A stretch of DNA of 64,000 bases, taken from contig JBBSYO010000022.1 of assembly GCA_038045185.1 (NCBI GenBank), positions 164-64,163 on the forward strand. The letters are read 5' to 3'. How positions within the stretch are numbered: position 1 is the first letter of the stretch; each line of letters begins with the position of its first letter. The notes under the pieces are model-generated. The model was given only the letters and a program-made list of their open reading frames with translations. It was not told where the DNA came from and ran no database searches. The stretch comes from Nanobdellota archaeon (GTDB lineage Archaea > Nanobdellota > Nanobdellia > Pacearchaeales > GW2011-AR1). Shown here piece by piece: positions 1 through 9,862 of the stretch. The translations under genes were made by a program, and so were the position numbers.

Positions 1-10
1 ACAAACACAC

Positions 11-937
11 ATGGGAGGACATCAACCAAGATTTGGAAGCCTGCAATACTGGCCGCGGAAACGGGCAGCTAAAGCTGTGCCTCAAGTGAACTGGGACGCG
101 GTTAAGGGAGATGGGGTGTTGGGTTTGATTGCGTTCAAGGTTGGAATGGCGAGTGCAATTGTGCGCGATAAGACGGATAAGTCTTTGACGGCAAATAAGA
201 AAATTGCAATGCCTGTAACGATTCTCGAAGTTCCTAAATTGAAATTATTTTCAGTTAGATTTTACAAACAGGGGATTGTTATGAAAGACGTTATTGTTTC
301 TCATGATAAAGAACTTAAGCGTGTGCTTCGCGTGCCAAAGCAAGTGCCTGCGTTTCATGTCCCTGAGGGATACGACGAAATTCGCGTGATTGCCTATCCG
401 GTTATGAAAGATATGTTCAAAAAGACGCCGCCGATGGTTGAATTAATGGTGCGTGGACAGAACGCGCTGGAGATTGTAAAAGCCTGGATTGGCAAGGAAT
501 TAAGCATGAAAGATATTCTTAAATGGGACTTGCTTGATTTGCGCGGCTTGACGCGTGGCAAGGGTCTTGTTGGACCTGTCAAGCGATTTGGCATTTCGCT
601 TAAGTCACATAAATCAGAGAAGGGCGTGCGCAGACCTGGAAGTTTGGGACCATGGCATCCTGCTCACGTAACTTTCAGAGTTGCCCAAGCAGGGCAGTTG
701 GGCATGTTTACGCGCGTGCAATACAATATCAAACCTATTACACATGCAAATGCACAGCAAGGACCTATTCCTGTGAACCACGGATTCAAACATTACGGTT
801 TAATCGCTGGAGATTATATTGTGGTAGAGGGCAGCGTGCAAGGCGCGGCAAAACGCGAGATTGTTATCACGCCTGCGCTGCGACCGACGAGGAAAATGCT
901 AAAGAAGAAATATGAATTTGCGGAGCTGAAACTATGA
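11..937 (+). CDS. rpl3: 50S ribosomal protein L3
   Basis: PRFGSLQYWPRKRA N-terminus, TRGKGLVGPVKRFG and GQLGMFTR motifs; first gene of S10-type operon. Confidence 0.97.
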   Translation: MGGHQPRFGSLQYWPRKRAAKAVPQVNWDAVKGDGVLGLIAFKVGMASAIVRDKTDKSLTANKKIAMPVTILEVPKLKLFSVRFYKQGIVMKDVIVSHDKELKRVLRVPKQVPAFHVPEGYDEIRVIAYPVMKDMFKKTPPMVELMVRGQNALEIVKAWIGKELSMKDILKWDLLDLRGLTRGKGLVGPVKRFGISLKSHKSEKGVRRPGSLGPWHPAHVTFRVAQAGQLGMFTRVQYNIKPITHANAQQGPIPVNHGFKHYGLIAGDYIVVEGSVQGAAKREIVITPALRPTRKMLKKKYEFAELKL

Positions 938-1698
938 AAGTTGCAGTTTATGATTTACAAGGCACAAAGAAAGGCGACGTGGAACTGCCTGCAGTATTTG
1001 CGAGTGAAGTGCGTGAAGATTTGGTTTTGAAATGTGTTGAAGCTGAGCGTTTCGGACAGCCGTATGGAACAGACCCGCGAGCAGGCAGACGGCATGTTGC
1101 CTCAGGCATTATCAGCCACAAGCGCCATGACTGGAAGGGTCAGTACGGACGAGGCATGTCACGAGTTCCCCGCAAAATATTATGGCGGCGTGGGACGCAG
1201 TTTAACTGGGTTGGTGCTGAATCATCTGGAACGCGCGGCGGAAGACGACCGCATGCACCTAAGGCAATAACTGTTCGCGATAAAAAGATTAACGATAAAG
1301 AATACCAGAAGGCGTTTGCTTCTGCACTTGCTGCGACTACACATAAGCGGTATATTGAGGCGCGCTATGAGCGCATGAATGAAATGCCGATTGCGTTGCC
1401 GCTTGTTATCTCACTACCGACGCATGTGAAAGCAAAACAGATGATGAACTTCTTTGAAAAGGTTAAGCTATCTGGTCTGGCTGTCAAGGAAAAACAAGTT
1501 CGCGCAGGCAAGGGCAAGAGCCGTGCGCGCAAGTACAAGTCAAATGCAGGAGCGCTTGTAGTCATTGGCGCGAAAGAAAAATTATCAGTTACGGGCATTG
1601 ATGTGCGGAACGTGAAAGAACTTTCTATCAGTGATTTCTATCCTCTGGGAAGAATTACGGTCTTTAGTGAGCATGCGCTGGAGGAATTGAAACAATGA
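934..1698 (+). CDS. rpl4: 50S ribosomal protein L4
   Basis: GRGMSRVPR, TRGGRRPHAPK, RAGKGKSR motifs; synteny. Confidence 0.96.
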   Translation: MKVAVYDLQGTKKGDVELPAVFASEVREDLVLKCVEAERFGQPYGTDPRAGRRHVASGIISHKRHDWKGQYGRGMSRVPRKILWRRGTQFNWVGAESSGTRGGRRPHAPKAITVRDKKINDKEYQKAFASALAATTHKRYIEARYERMNEMPIALPLVISLPTHVKAKQMMNFFEKVKLSGLAVKEKQVRAGKGKSRARKYKSNAGALVVIGAKEKLSVTGIDVRNVKELSISDFYPLGRITVFSEHALEELKQ

Positions 1699-1937
1699 AC
1701 TTCAAACCAGTAACCACGGAAAAAGCAGTCAAGCTTATTGACCTTGAGAATACACTCCTGTTTGAGTTTCCGCGAGGAGCACGCAAAGAAGAAATTAAAC
1801 CAATCGTAGAGAAAATGTTTCATGTCAAGGTGCAGGCAATACGCACCCTTATGCGCAACAACCGAAAGTTTGTTTATATCAGACTTGCAAGCAGTCACAA
1901 GGCTGCAGACGTTGCAACTAAATTAGGATTAATATAA
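1695..1937 (+). CDS. rpl23: 50S ribosomal protein L23
   Basis: PVTTEKA...ENTLLF...ADVATKLGLI; synteny. Confidence 0.96.
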   Translation: MNFKPVTTEKAVKLIDLENTLLFEFPRGARKEEIKPIVEKMFHVKVQAIRTLMRNNRKFVYIRLASSHKAADVATKLGLI

Positions 1938-1938
1938 T

Positions 1939-2631
1939 ATGGGTAAACGAATCATTTCACAGGCGCGGGGCAAGGGAAGTCTTTCCTACAGGGTACGCAA
2001 GCAGGCGTTCGTTTACAGAGTCGGTTATCCGCAGATGCTTGGTCAGGCGCGCATTGTTTCTCTATTGCATTCGGCTGCTCATTCTGCGCCGCTGTTGCAG
2101 ATACATATTGGCAATAGCAAATTTTACAATGTGGCTTTTGCAGGCGCTATTGAAGGACAAAATGTTGTGCTTGGAAATGAAATCAAAGAGGGCAATATTG
2201 TTGCACTAAAGGATATTCCTGTCGCTACACGCATTTACAATGTTGAGTTGAATCCTGGAGATGGGGGAAAGATGGTTCGTACTGCGGGTTCGAGCGCTGC
2301 AGTAGTCAAAATATATGAACATAACAAGGTAGGAATCTTGACTCCGCAAAAGAAAGAAATTATTCTCGATGGCAACTGCAGGGCTACAATCGGCATTATT
2401 GCAGGTCATGGAAAAAAACTCAAGCCGTTCATTAGTGCGGGGAGAAAATTCTATAAAATGAAAGCGCGGGGCAAACTATGGCCGCGCACTTCTGCAGTGA
2501 AAATGAATGCCATTGATCATCCGTTTGGGTCCGGCAGAGGAAAGCGCATCAAGTCCAAGATTGCCAAACGATGGGCGCCTGCGGGAAGACGTGTCGGTCA
2601 CATTGCGCCAAGGAGAACAGGAAGACGATGA
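1939..2631 (+). CDS. rpl2: 50S ribosomal protein L2
   Basis: MGKRIISQARGKG, MNAIDHPFGSG motifs. Confidence 0.97.
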   Translation: MGKRIISQARGKGSLSYRVRKQAFVYRVGYPQMLGQARIVSLLHSAAHSAPLLQIHIGNSKFYNVAFAGAIEGQNVVLGNEIKEGNIVALKDIPVATRIYNVELNPGDGGKMVRTAGSSAAVVKIYEHNKVGILTPQKKEIILDGNCRATIGIIAGHGKKLKPFISAGRKFYKMKARGKLWPRTSAVKMNAIDHPFGSGRGKRIKSKIAKRWAPAGRRVGHIAPRRTGRR

Positions 2632-3032
2632 GCATGGAAGTGGTACTCAAATCACGAGAAGAAAAATATCGCGGAAAAACTCTTGCACACTTAAAGAGCC
2701 TTGGCATTAGAGAAGTTGCACAATACCTTCCATCCAGAAGCAGGCGCACTGTGCTGAGACATTTTGAACTCATTGAAAAGTTTGTTCGCGAAATCGAAGA
2801 GAAAGAAGTTAAGAAAAAGAGAATAAGGACGCATTTAAGAGATTTGGTGATAGTGCCGCATTTGGTGGGCAAGACTATTGCAGTGCATAGCGGAAAGACA
2901 TTTGAAGACGTGCATGTCACTGTTGAAATGATTGGTCATCGACTTGGAGAATTTGTCATGACGCGCAAGCGCGTTACTCACTCGGCTGCAGGTATTGGAG
3001 CAACCAAGAGCTCGAAGACACTGAAGAAATAA
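2628..3032 (+). CDS. rps19: 30S ribosomal protein S19 (start moved to ATG 2628)
   Basis: RTHLRD, MIGHRLGEF motifs; ATGA overlap with rpl2 stop. Confidence 0.95.
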   Translation: MSMEVVLKSREEKYRGKTLAHLKSLGIREVAQYLPSRSRRTVLRHFELIEKFVREIEEKEVKKKRIRTHLRDLVIVPHLVGKTIAVHSGKTFEDVHVTVEMIGHRLGEFVMTRKRVTHSAAGIGATKSSKTLKK

Positions 3033-3033
3033 A

Positions 3034-3597
3034 ATGAACCAGAAAACAGAAACACCAAAAATTGAGAAAGAACACACGCACCCAGCGCCGGCTGAGGTTA
3101 AAGATAAGCACATTGAAAAAAATGCAGACAACCCTGCTGATAAAGTAGAAGTTAAAGCAGATGAGAAGAAACATGAGGAGAAAAAACACGCACCGAAGAA
3201 GGAAGAAGTGAGTGCGCTCGGACGCAATCTGACTGCTTCATTGAAACACAGCATGGCGGTTTGTTCTTTCATCAAAGGTATGCGCATTGAACAGGCTCTT
3301 GGGGAATTAGCGCTTGTTATTAAGAAGAAGCGGGCTGTTCCGATGAAGGGAGAAATTCCGCATCGCCATGGAAAGATTATGGCTGGACGCTATCCGGTTG
3401 CGACTGCGACAGAAATCATAGGCTTGTTGAAAACCTTGAGGGGTAATTGTGTTGCACATGGATTATCGCTTGACAAGGCGCGCATCACGTATGCTTCTCC
3501 AAGCTGGGCAGTACGGCCGCAGAGACGGGGCGGACGATTAGGAAAGCGAACCCATATTCTTATTAAAGTGCGCGAGGCCGCTGAAAAACATGGATGA
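3034..3597 (+). CDS. rpl22: 50S ribosomal protein L22 with charged N-terminal extension
   Basis: SLKHSMAVC..IKG, GRYP, THILIKV motifs; synteny. Confidence 0.93.
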   Translation: MNQKTETPKIEKEHTHPAPAEVKDKHIEKNADNPADKVEVKADEKKHEEKKHAPKKEEVSALGRNLTASLKHSMAVCSFIKGMRIEQALGELALVIKKKRAVPMKGEIPHRHGKIMAGRYPVATATEIIGLLKTLRGNCVAHGLSLDKARITYASPSWAVRPQRRGGRLGKRTHILIKVREAAEKHG

Positions 3598-4288
3598 AAA
3601 AAAATTCGTTAAATTGAAAGAAGAAGAGCTTGAGGTACGCGAGTATATCAAGAACTCTCTTGGTAAGGGGCGCATAAGCGAAGTAACTATAGAATATACT
3701 CCTGTTGGAGAGAAGATTGTTGTTGCAACTAACAGACCAGGCATGGTAATTGGCACGCGCGGGGAGAAAATAAATGAACTAACTCAAACACTGAAAAGAC
3801 GATTTAAATTAGATAATCCTCATATTGAAATCCGAGATATAATTGAAGCGCTGTTTGATGCACAACTCGTGGCAGATGATATTGCCTTGAGCCTTGAACG
3901 CAAGGGCTCCTTGAAATTCAAGCCAATTGCTTACCGTACACTTGAAGCAATTATGCGCGCAGGCGCTCTCGGTGTGGAACTTGTGTTGTCTGGCAAACTG
4001 CCAAGCGACCGCGCGCGAAGCTGGAGATTTGCACAGGGCTATCTTAAGAAAACAGGCGATCCTGCACGAGTAGTAAGACGCGCTATGGCTCAGGCCAAAA
4101 CAATGGCAGGCATTATCGGAATCAAGGTCAGTATTTTGCCACCTGATGCAAAAATTCATGATAAAATTACGATTGACGATGCCCTGCTTGCTACGTTACG
4201 AGCGCGAGCACATGCGATGACTCTGCCGCCTGTTGAGAAACCAGCAGTTATAATTAAGAAGCGAGCTTCTTCTAGGAAGGCGAAATAA
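3590..4288 (+). CDS. rps3: 30S ribosomal protein S3
   Basis: KH domain RPGMVIG, SGKLPSDRARSW, GIIGIKVSI. Confidence 0.97.
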   Translation: MDEKKFVKLKEEELEVREYIKNSLGKGRISEVTIEYTPVGEKIVVATNRPGMVIGTRGEKINELTQTLKRRFKLDNPHIEIRDIIEALFDAQLVADDIALSLERKGSLKFKPIAYRTLEAIMRAGALGVELVLSGKLPSDRARSWRFAQGYLKKTGDPARVVRRAMAQAKTMAGIIGIKVSILPPDAKIHDKITIDDALLATLRARAHAMTLPPVEKPAVIIKKRASSRKAK

Positions 4289-4290
4289 CC

Positions 4291-4506
4291 ATGGCAGTAT
4301 TACGTATGGGTGAGATTCTGAAGATGGACAAGAAGGCGCGCGAAACTAAAATGAACGAATTGCGCCTCGAACTGGTAAGGGTGCAGGCAAGTTCAAGCAG
4401 GACGCCTGCCAAAACCAAAGAGATTAAAAAGGCTATTGCACGACTACTCACATTCGCCCAGACCGAAAAATCAGGACGAAAACACCTCAATAAGACATGG
4501 AGATAG
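4291..4506 (+). CDS. rpl29: 50S ribosomal protein L29
   Basis: ELRLEL...EIKKAIARLLT; synteny. Confidence 0.93.
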   Translation: MAVLRMGEILKMDKKARETKMNELRLELVRVQASSSRTPAKTKEIKKAIARLLTFAQTEKSGRKHLNKTWR

Positions 4507-4796
4507 ATCCACGAACAGGATTACCTGTTGAAGCTATCGCATGGGAAGATCTCGCGAAAAGCGAACAGAAGATAACGATTTCGACCGTTGCGCGACGCTA
4601 TGGCAAGCTGACCACGCTGGTTTCAGGATTTGATAATAGCATCGACCTGAAGAGCACCGCAAGAGAGCTCAAAGAAGCGCTCGCCTGCGGCGGGACTGTC
4701 AAGGACGGCGTTATTGAACTGCAGGGGAATCACAGGAGAAGCGTCAGACCAATTTTGGTCAAGATGGGATTCCCTGATTCGTCTATTAGCGACTGA
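4497..4796 (+). CDS. sui1: translation initiation factor aIF1/SUI1
   Basis: RRYGKLTTLVSG, LKEALACGGTVK, IELQGNH. Confidence 0.95.
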   Translation: MEIDPRTGLPVEAIAWEDLAKSEQKITISTVARRYGKLTTLVSGFDNSIDLKSTARELKEALACGGTVKDGVIELQGNHRRSVRPILVKMGFPDSSISD

Positions 4797-4825
4797 TCTC
4801 ATACGAGCAGGCTCGGAATTATATT

Positions 4826-5149
4826 ATGAAAACGCAACAGAAACAAGCGACCCCAAAAAGGGAGAAGAATGCTGTAGTGGCTACTCACGGCAGAATATTC
4901 CAGGGTTATGTTACAAAGAAGTTTGCAATGAGAGTTGTTGTGGAATTTGACCGCACGATTTACCTGCCAAAGTATGAAAGATTCATGAAAGATAAGACAC
5001 GCTTGCACGCACGATTGCCTGCAGATATGAGTGTTGCAGTTGGCGATTATGTGAAAGTGCAGGAATGCCGCCCGTTGAGCAAGATTATTCGTTTTGTCGT
5101 TATTGAAGTTGTCAGGAAGGCGCATGCGGAAGAGGTGAAGGGGAAATGA
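4826..5149 (+). CDS. rps17: 30S ribosomal protein S17
   Basis: PKYER, GDYVKVQECRPLSK motifs. Confidence 0.96.
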   Translation: MKTQQKQATPKREKNAVVATHGRIFQGYVTKKFAMRVVVEFDRTIYLPKYERFMKDKTRLHARLPADMSVAVGDYVKVQECRPLSKIIRFVVIEVVRKAHAEEVKGK

Positions 5150-5547
5150 AAGCAGTAGCAGCGAAGATAACGCGAGGATTGAACATTGGAAGCAATTTGC
5201 TTGCGAGCGATAACAGCGGAGCGCGCATTGTGCGCATTACAGGCGTAAAACACGGTAAAAGCCGCAAGGGCAGACAGCAGACTGCACGTGTTGGAGATAT
5301 GGTGAAGGTGTCTGTGCAGGCCGGCAAGCCAGACATGATTGGAATAGTTTTTGATGCGATTGTTATCAGGCAAAGAAAATCTTATCGACGTTTGACTGGA
5401 GAGCACATTATGTTTGAAGATAATGCAGTTGCATTAATGAAGGACGATAAGGGCAACCCGAAAGGAACACAAATCAAGGGAGTAATGGCGCGTGAAGCAG
5501 CAGACCGATGGTCTGTTGCTGCGAAAATTGCGCAGTTTGTACTATGA
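5146..5547 (+). CDS. rpl14: 50S ribosomal protein L14
   Basis: DNSGAR, FEDNA, PKGTQIKG motifs. Confidence 0.97.
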   Translation: MKAVAAKITRGLNIGSNLLASDNSGARIVRITGVKHGKSRKGRQQTARVGDMVKVSVQAGKPDMIGIVFDAIVIRQRKSYRRLTGEHIMFEDNAVALMKDDKGNPKGTQIKGVMAREAADRWSVAAKIAQFVL

Positions 5548-5900
5548 GAGTTATAAAAAATTTAATGGGAAGATTGGGAATGAAAAAAATAGACGGCTCA
5601 ATTACCACTTCCCCCAGCCAGAACTTCCAAGAATATTTAAAAAGAGTAAAAGAAATTAATTCTTGTGTGATCTTGGCTCGAAAAGGTTTAGGCGAGGGAA
5701 GATTAAACGAGGTTAGCTGCTATTTAGATGATATCTTTTTAAAACAATCTGACTTAAAGTTTTATGTAGAAAATAGTGTTGTTTTGGGCATTATGCCTGA
5801 TTATTATCGTGATATGAGCTTAATTTTTTCTAAGGAACTTTTAGCAGAAGTTAGCGGTATTGAAAAAGATTATTTGAATGCGGGGAGAAGAGCGGCATGA
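5544..5900 (+). CDS. hypothetical protein (118 aa) inserted between rpl14 and rpl24
   Basis: ORF fills the gap exactly with ATGA overlaps at both ends; AT-richer than neighbours; no recognisable motif. Confidence 0.7.
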   Translation: MRVIKNLMGRLGMKKIDGSITTSPSQNFQEYLKRVKEINSCVILARKGLGEGRLNEVSCYLDDIFLKQSDLKFYVENSVVLGIMPDYYRDMSLIFSKELLAEVSGIEKDYLNAGRRAA

Positions 5901-6310
5901 GACAAACATTTTCAACATCCTGGATTGCAAGCAGACAGCCGCGAAAACAGCGCAAGTATGCGTACAATGCGCCACTTCATATCAAACATAGTTTTTTAAG
6001 TGCTCATTTGTCGAAGGATTTACGCGTTAAACACAAGCGACGCAATCTTTCTTTGCGAAAGGGAGACGAAGTGCTTGTTATGCGAGGAACATTTGCTGGC
6101 AAGAAAGCAAAAATATCTAGCGTTGATGTGAAGCGCACACGGGCGATGCTTGAGGGAATCACGCGACCAAAGCGAGATGGAAGCAAGGTTAATGTCTTTT
6201 TCCATCCAAGCAATCTGCAGATTACCGCGCTGACGCTCGACGACAAAAAACGCCTCAGTGTGAAAGCTGAGGGAACACAGGAGAAGAAAAATGCACCTAA
6301 CAAGATTTGA
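5897..6310 (+). CDS. rpl24: 50S ribosomal protein L24
   Basis: SRQPRKQRK, LRKGDEVLVMRG KOW motif, HPSNLQI. Confidence 0.96.
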   Translation: MRQTFSTSWIASRQPRKQRKYAYNAPLHIKHSFLSAHLSKDLRVKHKRRNLSLRKGDEVLVMRGTFAGKKAKISSVDVKRTRAMLEGITRPKRDGSKVNVFFHPSNLQITALTLDDKKRLSVKAEGTQEKKNAPNKI

Positions 6311-6908
6311 AGTCACACCATTAGTGCCAGTAGCACGAAAAGGCACAAAGTACATAGCAAGACCGATGAGCCACTACACGTCAAGCGTGAGCGTGTTAAG
6401 TGCGGTGAGGGACATGCTAAAGATTGCACGCACGGCGCGCGAAGTGCATACCCTGATTAAGCAGAAAGCCTTAAGGATTAACGGACGTGTTGTACGCGAT
6501 TATCATGAGCCTCTGCACTTGTTTGGATTGTTTGATGCGGACAAACGTTACAGGCTCGTAATTACAAGCGCTGGTCGATTCTCTCTTGAGGCAACTACGG
6601 CCAAGACGCGCGTTGCCAAAGTTATAGGCAAAACGATGTTGCGGGGAAAAATGCTTCAGGTTAATTTCCACGACGGTACGAATGTTCTCACTAAGGACAA
6701 AGTTGAAGTTGGAAGCTCAGCCGAGCTTGACTTGAGCAACAAGGTTGTGCGCTGGATTGCATTGGGCAAGGGCGCACATGTGTTCGTACGTTCAGGCAGA
6801 AGTCTCGGACAGAGCGGCAAGGTGAAGTCTATTGAAGGAAAAAGCATTCATATTGAATTAGGAGGGCGTGTTGTTGTTTTGGACAGCGACCACGTTATTG
6901 CACAATGA
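6291..6908 (+). CDS. rps4e: 30S ribosomal protein S4e
   Basis: HLTR N-terminus, RDMLKIARTARE, QVNFHDGTN; synteny. Confidence 0.94.
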   Translation: MHLTRFEVTPLVPVARKGTKYIARPMSHYTSSVSVLSAVRDMLKIARTAREVHTLIKQKALRINGRVVRDYHEPLHLFGLFDADKRYRLVITSAGRFSLEATTAKTRVAKVIGKTMLRGKMLQVNFHDGTNVLTKDKVEVGSSAELDLSNKVVRWIALGKGAHVFVRSGRSLGQSGKVKSIEGKSIHIELGGRVVVLDSDHVIAQ

Positions 6909-7432
6909 AAACGCAAAAAAGCGCAACTGTGAATGTTATGAGAAAGCCCTTTATTTCTAAAGTTGTATTGAGTGCAGGAGCCACTGGTCCTGAGCTTGAC
7001 AAGGCAAAGCGGCTTCTTGAAATTCTGACAAATGCACGGGCGCATATTATCAAGGCAGGTCCAAAGCGACGCATTCCTGAGCTAAACGTGCGGCCAGGAC
7101 TTGAGCTCGGAACGAGAGTTACGCTGCGCGGAGAGAAAGCAATTATGCTATTAAGACGATTGCTGACTGCGATTGATAATACTATGAAGCGAAACCAAGT
7201 AGCCCCGAATCATTTTTCATTTGGTATTGAAGAGTACATCGACATTCCAGACATGGAATATGTCAGGGATATCGGCATTAGGGGTTTCAACGCTACTGTT
7301 GTGTTTGAAAGACCTGGCGTACGCGTGAAAACCAAGAAGATAAAGCGCGGAAACTTGCCTGTGAGGCAACATGTCACAGTTGATGAAATTGTAAGTTACA
7401 TGGAGGAATACTTCAAGACGAAGTTTAACTAA
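6905..7432 (+). CDS. rpl5: 50S ribosomal protein L5
   Basis: [21 protein letters not shown] motifs. Confidence 0.96.
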   Translation: MKTQKSATVNVMRKPFISKVVLSAGATGPELDKAKRLLEILTNARAHIIKAGPKRRIPELNVRPGLELGTRVTLRGEKAIMLLRRLLTAIDNTMKRNQVAPNHFSFGIEEYIDIPDMEYVRDIGIRGFNATVVFERPGVRVKTKKIKRGNLPVRQHVTVDEIVSYMEEYFKTKFN

Positions 7433-7434
7433 CG

Positions 7435-7665
7435 ATGACTGCAAGCGACTGGAATAAAATAGCGCGACAACTGCGCAGCAAACCCGCTATCTTCAAGAAA
7501 TTTACCAAACATAACAAGCCAAAAGAGCGCAAGACAGGTGTTGCGTCCAAGAAATGCCGCCGATGTGGCAGGCTGGGAGCACATATGGGCCAGTATAATC
7601 TGGGATTGTGCAGGCAATGTTTCCGAGAGATTGCGGAGGAAATCGGATTCAAAAAATATAGTTAA
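7435..7665 (+). CDS. rps14: 30S ribosomal protein S14 (Zn-binding type)
   Basis: CRRC...LCRQCFRE...GFKKY. Confidence 0.96.
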   Translation: MTASDWNKIARQLRSKPAIFKKFTKHNKPKERKTGVASKKCRRCGRLGAHMGQYNLGLCRQCFREIAEEIGFKKYS

Positions 7666-7667
7666 CC

Positions 7668-8045
7668 ATGAGCCAAGATATTGTTGCAGATACGCTTAAC
7701 CAAATAATGAATGCCAAGCGCGCAGGCAAAACAACGCTTCAAGTTAAGCGGCACTCGAAATTTCTGCTCGCGGTTTTAGCTATCGGAAAGTTAAGAGGAT
7801 ACATCAAATCATACAAAGTAGAAGGTAGAAATCTTGACATTGAACTTGGAAATTTATTGAATGCGTGCCGAGCCATAAAGCCGCGTTATGTTGCGCGCAC
7901 TGATGAAATCATGAAATATGTGCGACGCTACCTGCCTGCGCGAAATATGGGCATTGTCATTGTTTCGACCAGCAAGGGGCTTATGACTCATTATACAACA
8001 CTTGAGAATAACCTTGGAGGGGGCATCATTGCATACTTTTACTAA
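7668..8045 (+). CDS. rps8: 30S ribosomal protein S8
   Basis: DTLNQIMNA, IVSTSKGLMTH, GGGIIAY. Confidence 0.96.
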   Translation: MSQDIVADTLNQIMNAKRAGKTTLQVKRHSKFLLAVLAIGKLRGYIKSYKVEGRNLDIELGNLLNACRAIKPRYVARTDEIMKYVRRYLPARNMGIVIVSTSKGLMTHYTTLENNLGGGIIAYFY

Positions 8046-8047
8046 TC

Positions 8048-8590
8048 ATGAGAACGCCAATACAAGAAGTTATAGCTGTCCCTGAAGGAATCACGTGCGA
8101 GCTGAAGCACAATATGCTGGCATGCAAAAAAGGAGGCGAAACGCTTACGAAGAAATTTGACAGGCCGGGAATCACTTTGAAAGTTAGCGGAAAAACGATT
8201 GAAGTTAATCATGTACGCGCCAACAGAAAAGATATTGCCATCATAAAGACGGTTGCGGCCCACATACGCAATCTTTTCCGAGGTCTTGAGACAGGGTTTG
8301 TTTACCACATGGAGATTTGCAACGTGCACTTCCCGATGACAGTAAAGATTGAAGGGTCTAAGCTGATTATCAATAACTTCTTGGGTGAGAAGGAAAAGCG
8401 ATTCGCTTCCATTGTTCCTGGAGTGAAGGTTGATGTCAAGGGCCAGCAGATTATACTTTCTGGAGCTGACGTTGAATCAGTTGGTCAGAGTGCGGCAAAC
8501 ATTGAGAAAGCCACATGGGTGGCGAATCGAGATAGGCGTGTGTTTCAGGACGGTATTTTCATCACCTCTAAGGATGGAGAAGAAATATAA
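8048..8590 (+). CDS. rpl6: 50S ribosomal protein L6
   Basis: HFPM, NFLGEK, DRRVFQDGIFI. Confidence 0.97.
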   Translation: MRTPIQEVIAVPEGITCELKHNMLACKKGGETLTKKFDRPGITLKVSGKTIEVNHVRANRKDIAIIKTVAAHIRNLFRGLETGFVYHMEICNVHFPMTVKIEGSKLIINNFLGEKEKRFASIVPGVKVDVKGQQIILSGADVESVGQSAANIEKATWVANRDRRVFQDGIFITSKDGEEI

Positions 8591-8943
8591 TGTCAAAGAA
8601 ATTTACCCGAAGTGAGACTGTGCGGTTCATGCGACTGGGTAAGAATCGTCCTAAATTGCAGAAATGGCGACGTCCGCGTGGAAGACATAACAAAATGCGC
8701 AAGAAGCGCGTGGGCTATCCGGCATCTCCCTCTATCGGGCATGGAACACAGCGTGCAACTTCAGGACTTGTACAAGGCAAGAAACCGCTGGTTGTGCATA
8801 ACATGAAAGAGCTTGAACAAGCTTCTGCAAGTCGCCTAATTATCTTCGCAAGAACATTGGGTGCAAAACAACGTATCGAGTTTATGAAGCAGGCACAGGA
8901 ACGCGGTCTTCAAGTATTCAGTCGAGGGAGGAAAGCTAAATGA
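8590..8943 (+). CDS. rpl32e: 50S ribosomal protein L32e
   Basis: KWRRPRGRHNKMR, PSIG motifs. Confidence 0.95.
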   Translation: MSKKFTRSETVRFMRLGKNRPKLQKWRRPRGRHNKMRKKRVGYPASPSIGHGTQRATSGLVQGKKPLVVHNMKELEQASASRLIIFARTLGAKQRIEFMKQAQERGLQVFSRGRKAK

Positions 8944-9353
8944 ACTTGGAAAAGAAAAGAAATCTTGCAGCACGCGCGCTTGGCGTTGGCGTGAACAGAA
9001 TAAGGTTCAATAAGGAACGTCTTGCTGATGTGAAAGAAGCGATTACTAAACAAGATATTCGGGACCTTGTAAAAAATGGTGCTTTGAGCATTCGAGAAGT
9101 GCGCGGTCGAAGCGCCGAACGCACGGAACGTCCGCGCAGACGGGCAGGAAGTGTGCGCATTCATGTTGACAAGTCTAAACGAACGTATGTTTTGTTCATC
9201 CGCAAGATGCGCGCATATCTTACTGAACTGCGAAAACAAGAAATTATTAACTCAGGGCAGTTCATCGTATTACGAAAGGAACTTAAAGGTCGTCACATCA
9301 ACAGCAAGACGCATCTGAAGGAGCGGATCGCGCAGCTTAAAACAAGCAAATGA
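8940..9353 (+). CDS. rpl19e: 50S ribosomal protein L19e
   Basis: LAARALGVG, AITKQDIRDLV; synteny. Confidence 0.95.
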   Translation: MNLEKKRNLAARALGVGVNRIRFNKERLADVKEAITKQDIRDLVKNGALSIREVRGRSAERTERPRRRAGSVRIHVDKSKRTYVLFIRKMRAYLTELRKQEIINSGQFIVLRKELKGRHINSKTHLKERIAQLKTSK

Positions 9354-9862
9354 ACAGAATAAGCAGAACAATCAAACGACGCCGGCACGAAGCAAAAACA
9401 GACTATAACGCCAGATTAAGCCTGCTGATGTCCAAGTCACCACGCCTCGTCGTACGAAAAACTAACAAGTATATCATTGCCCAGATTGTGCGAGCAAGCA
9501 TTGCGCAGGACAGCGTGGTTGTTGGAGTTAGTTCCAAAGACTTGTTGCAGCATGGATGGCCTGGCTCGCATGCAGGCAGCCTGAAGAGCCTGAGCGCAGC
9601 TTATCTGACAGGGCTACTACTCGCTGGAAAAGCAAAATCATCAACACCGCAGGCTATTTTGGATATTGGAATGCAGAGAAATGTTAAAAATGGCCGCGTT
9701 TATGCAGCCTTACGGGGTGTTGTCGACGGCGGCTTGAGCGTGCCGCACAATGCGAGCGCCCTGCCTGATGACAAACGATTGGAAAGCAATCCGCGCACAC
9801 GTGAACTATTCATAAAGCTGAAAGGAAATTTACACCATGGCAGAAAAGGAAACAAAGAATAA
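9350..9862 (+). CDS. rpl18: 50S ribosomal protein L18
   Basis: RRR.AKTDY..RL, RLVVRKTN, AAYLTG. Confidence 0.96.
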   Translation: MNRISRTIKRRRHEAKTDYNARLSLLMSKSPRLVVRKTNKYIIAQIVRASIAQDSVVVGVSSKDLLQHGWPGSHAGSLKSLSAAYLTGLLLAGKAKSSTPQAILDIGMQRNVKNGRVYAALRGVVDGGLSVPHNASALPDDKRLESNPRTRELFIKLKGNLHHGRKGNKE

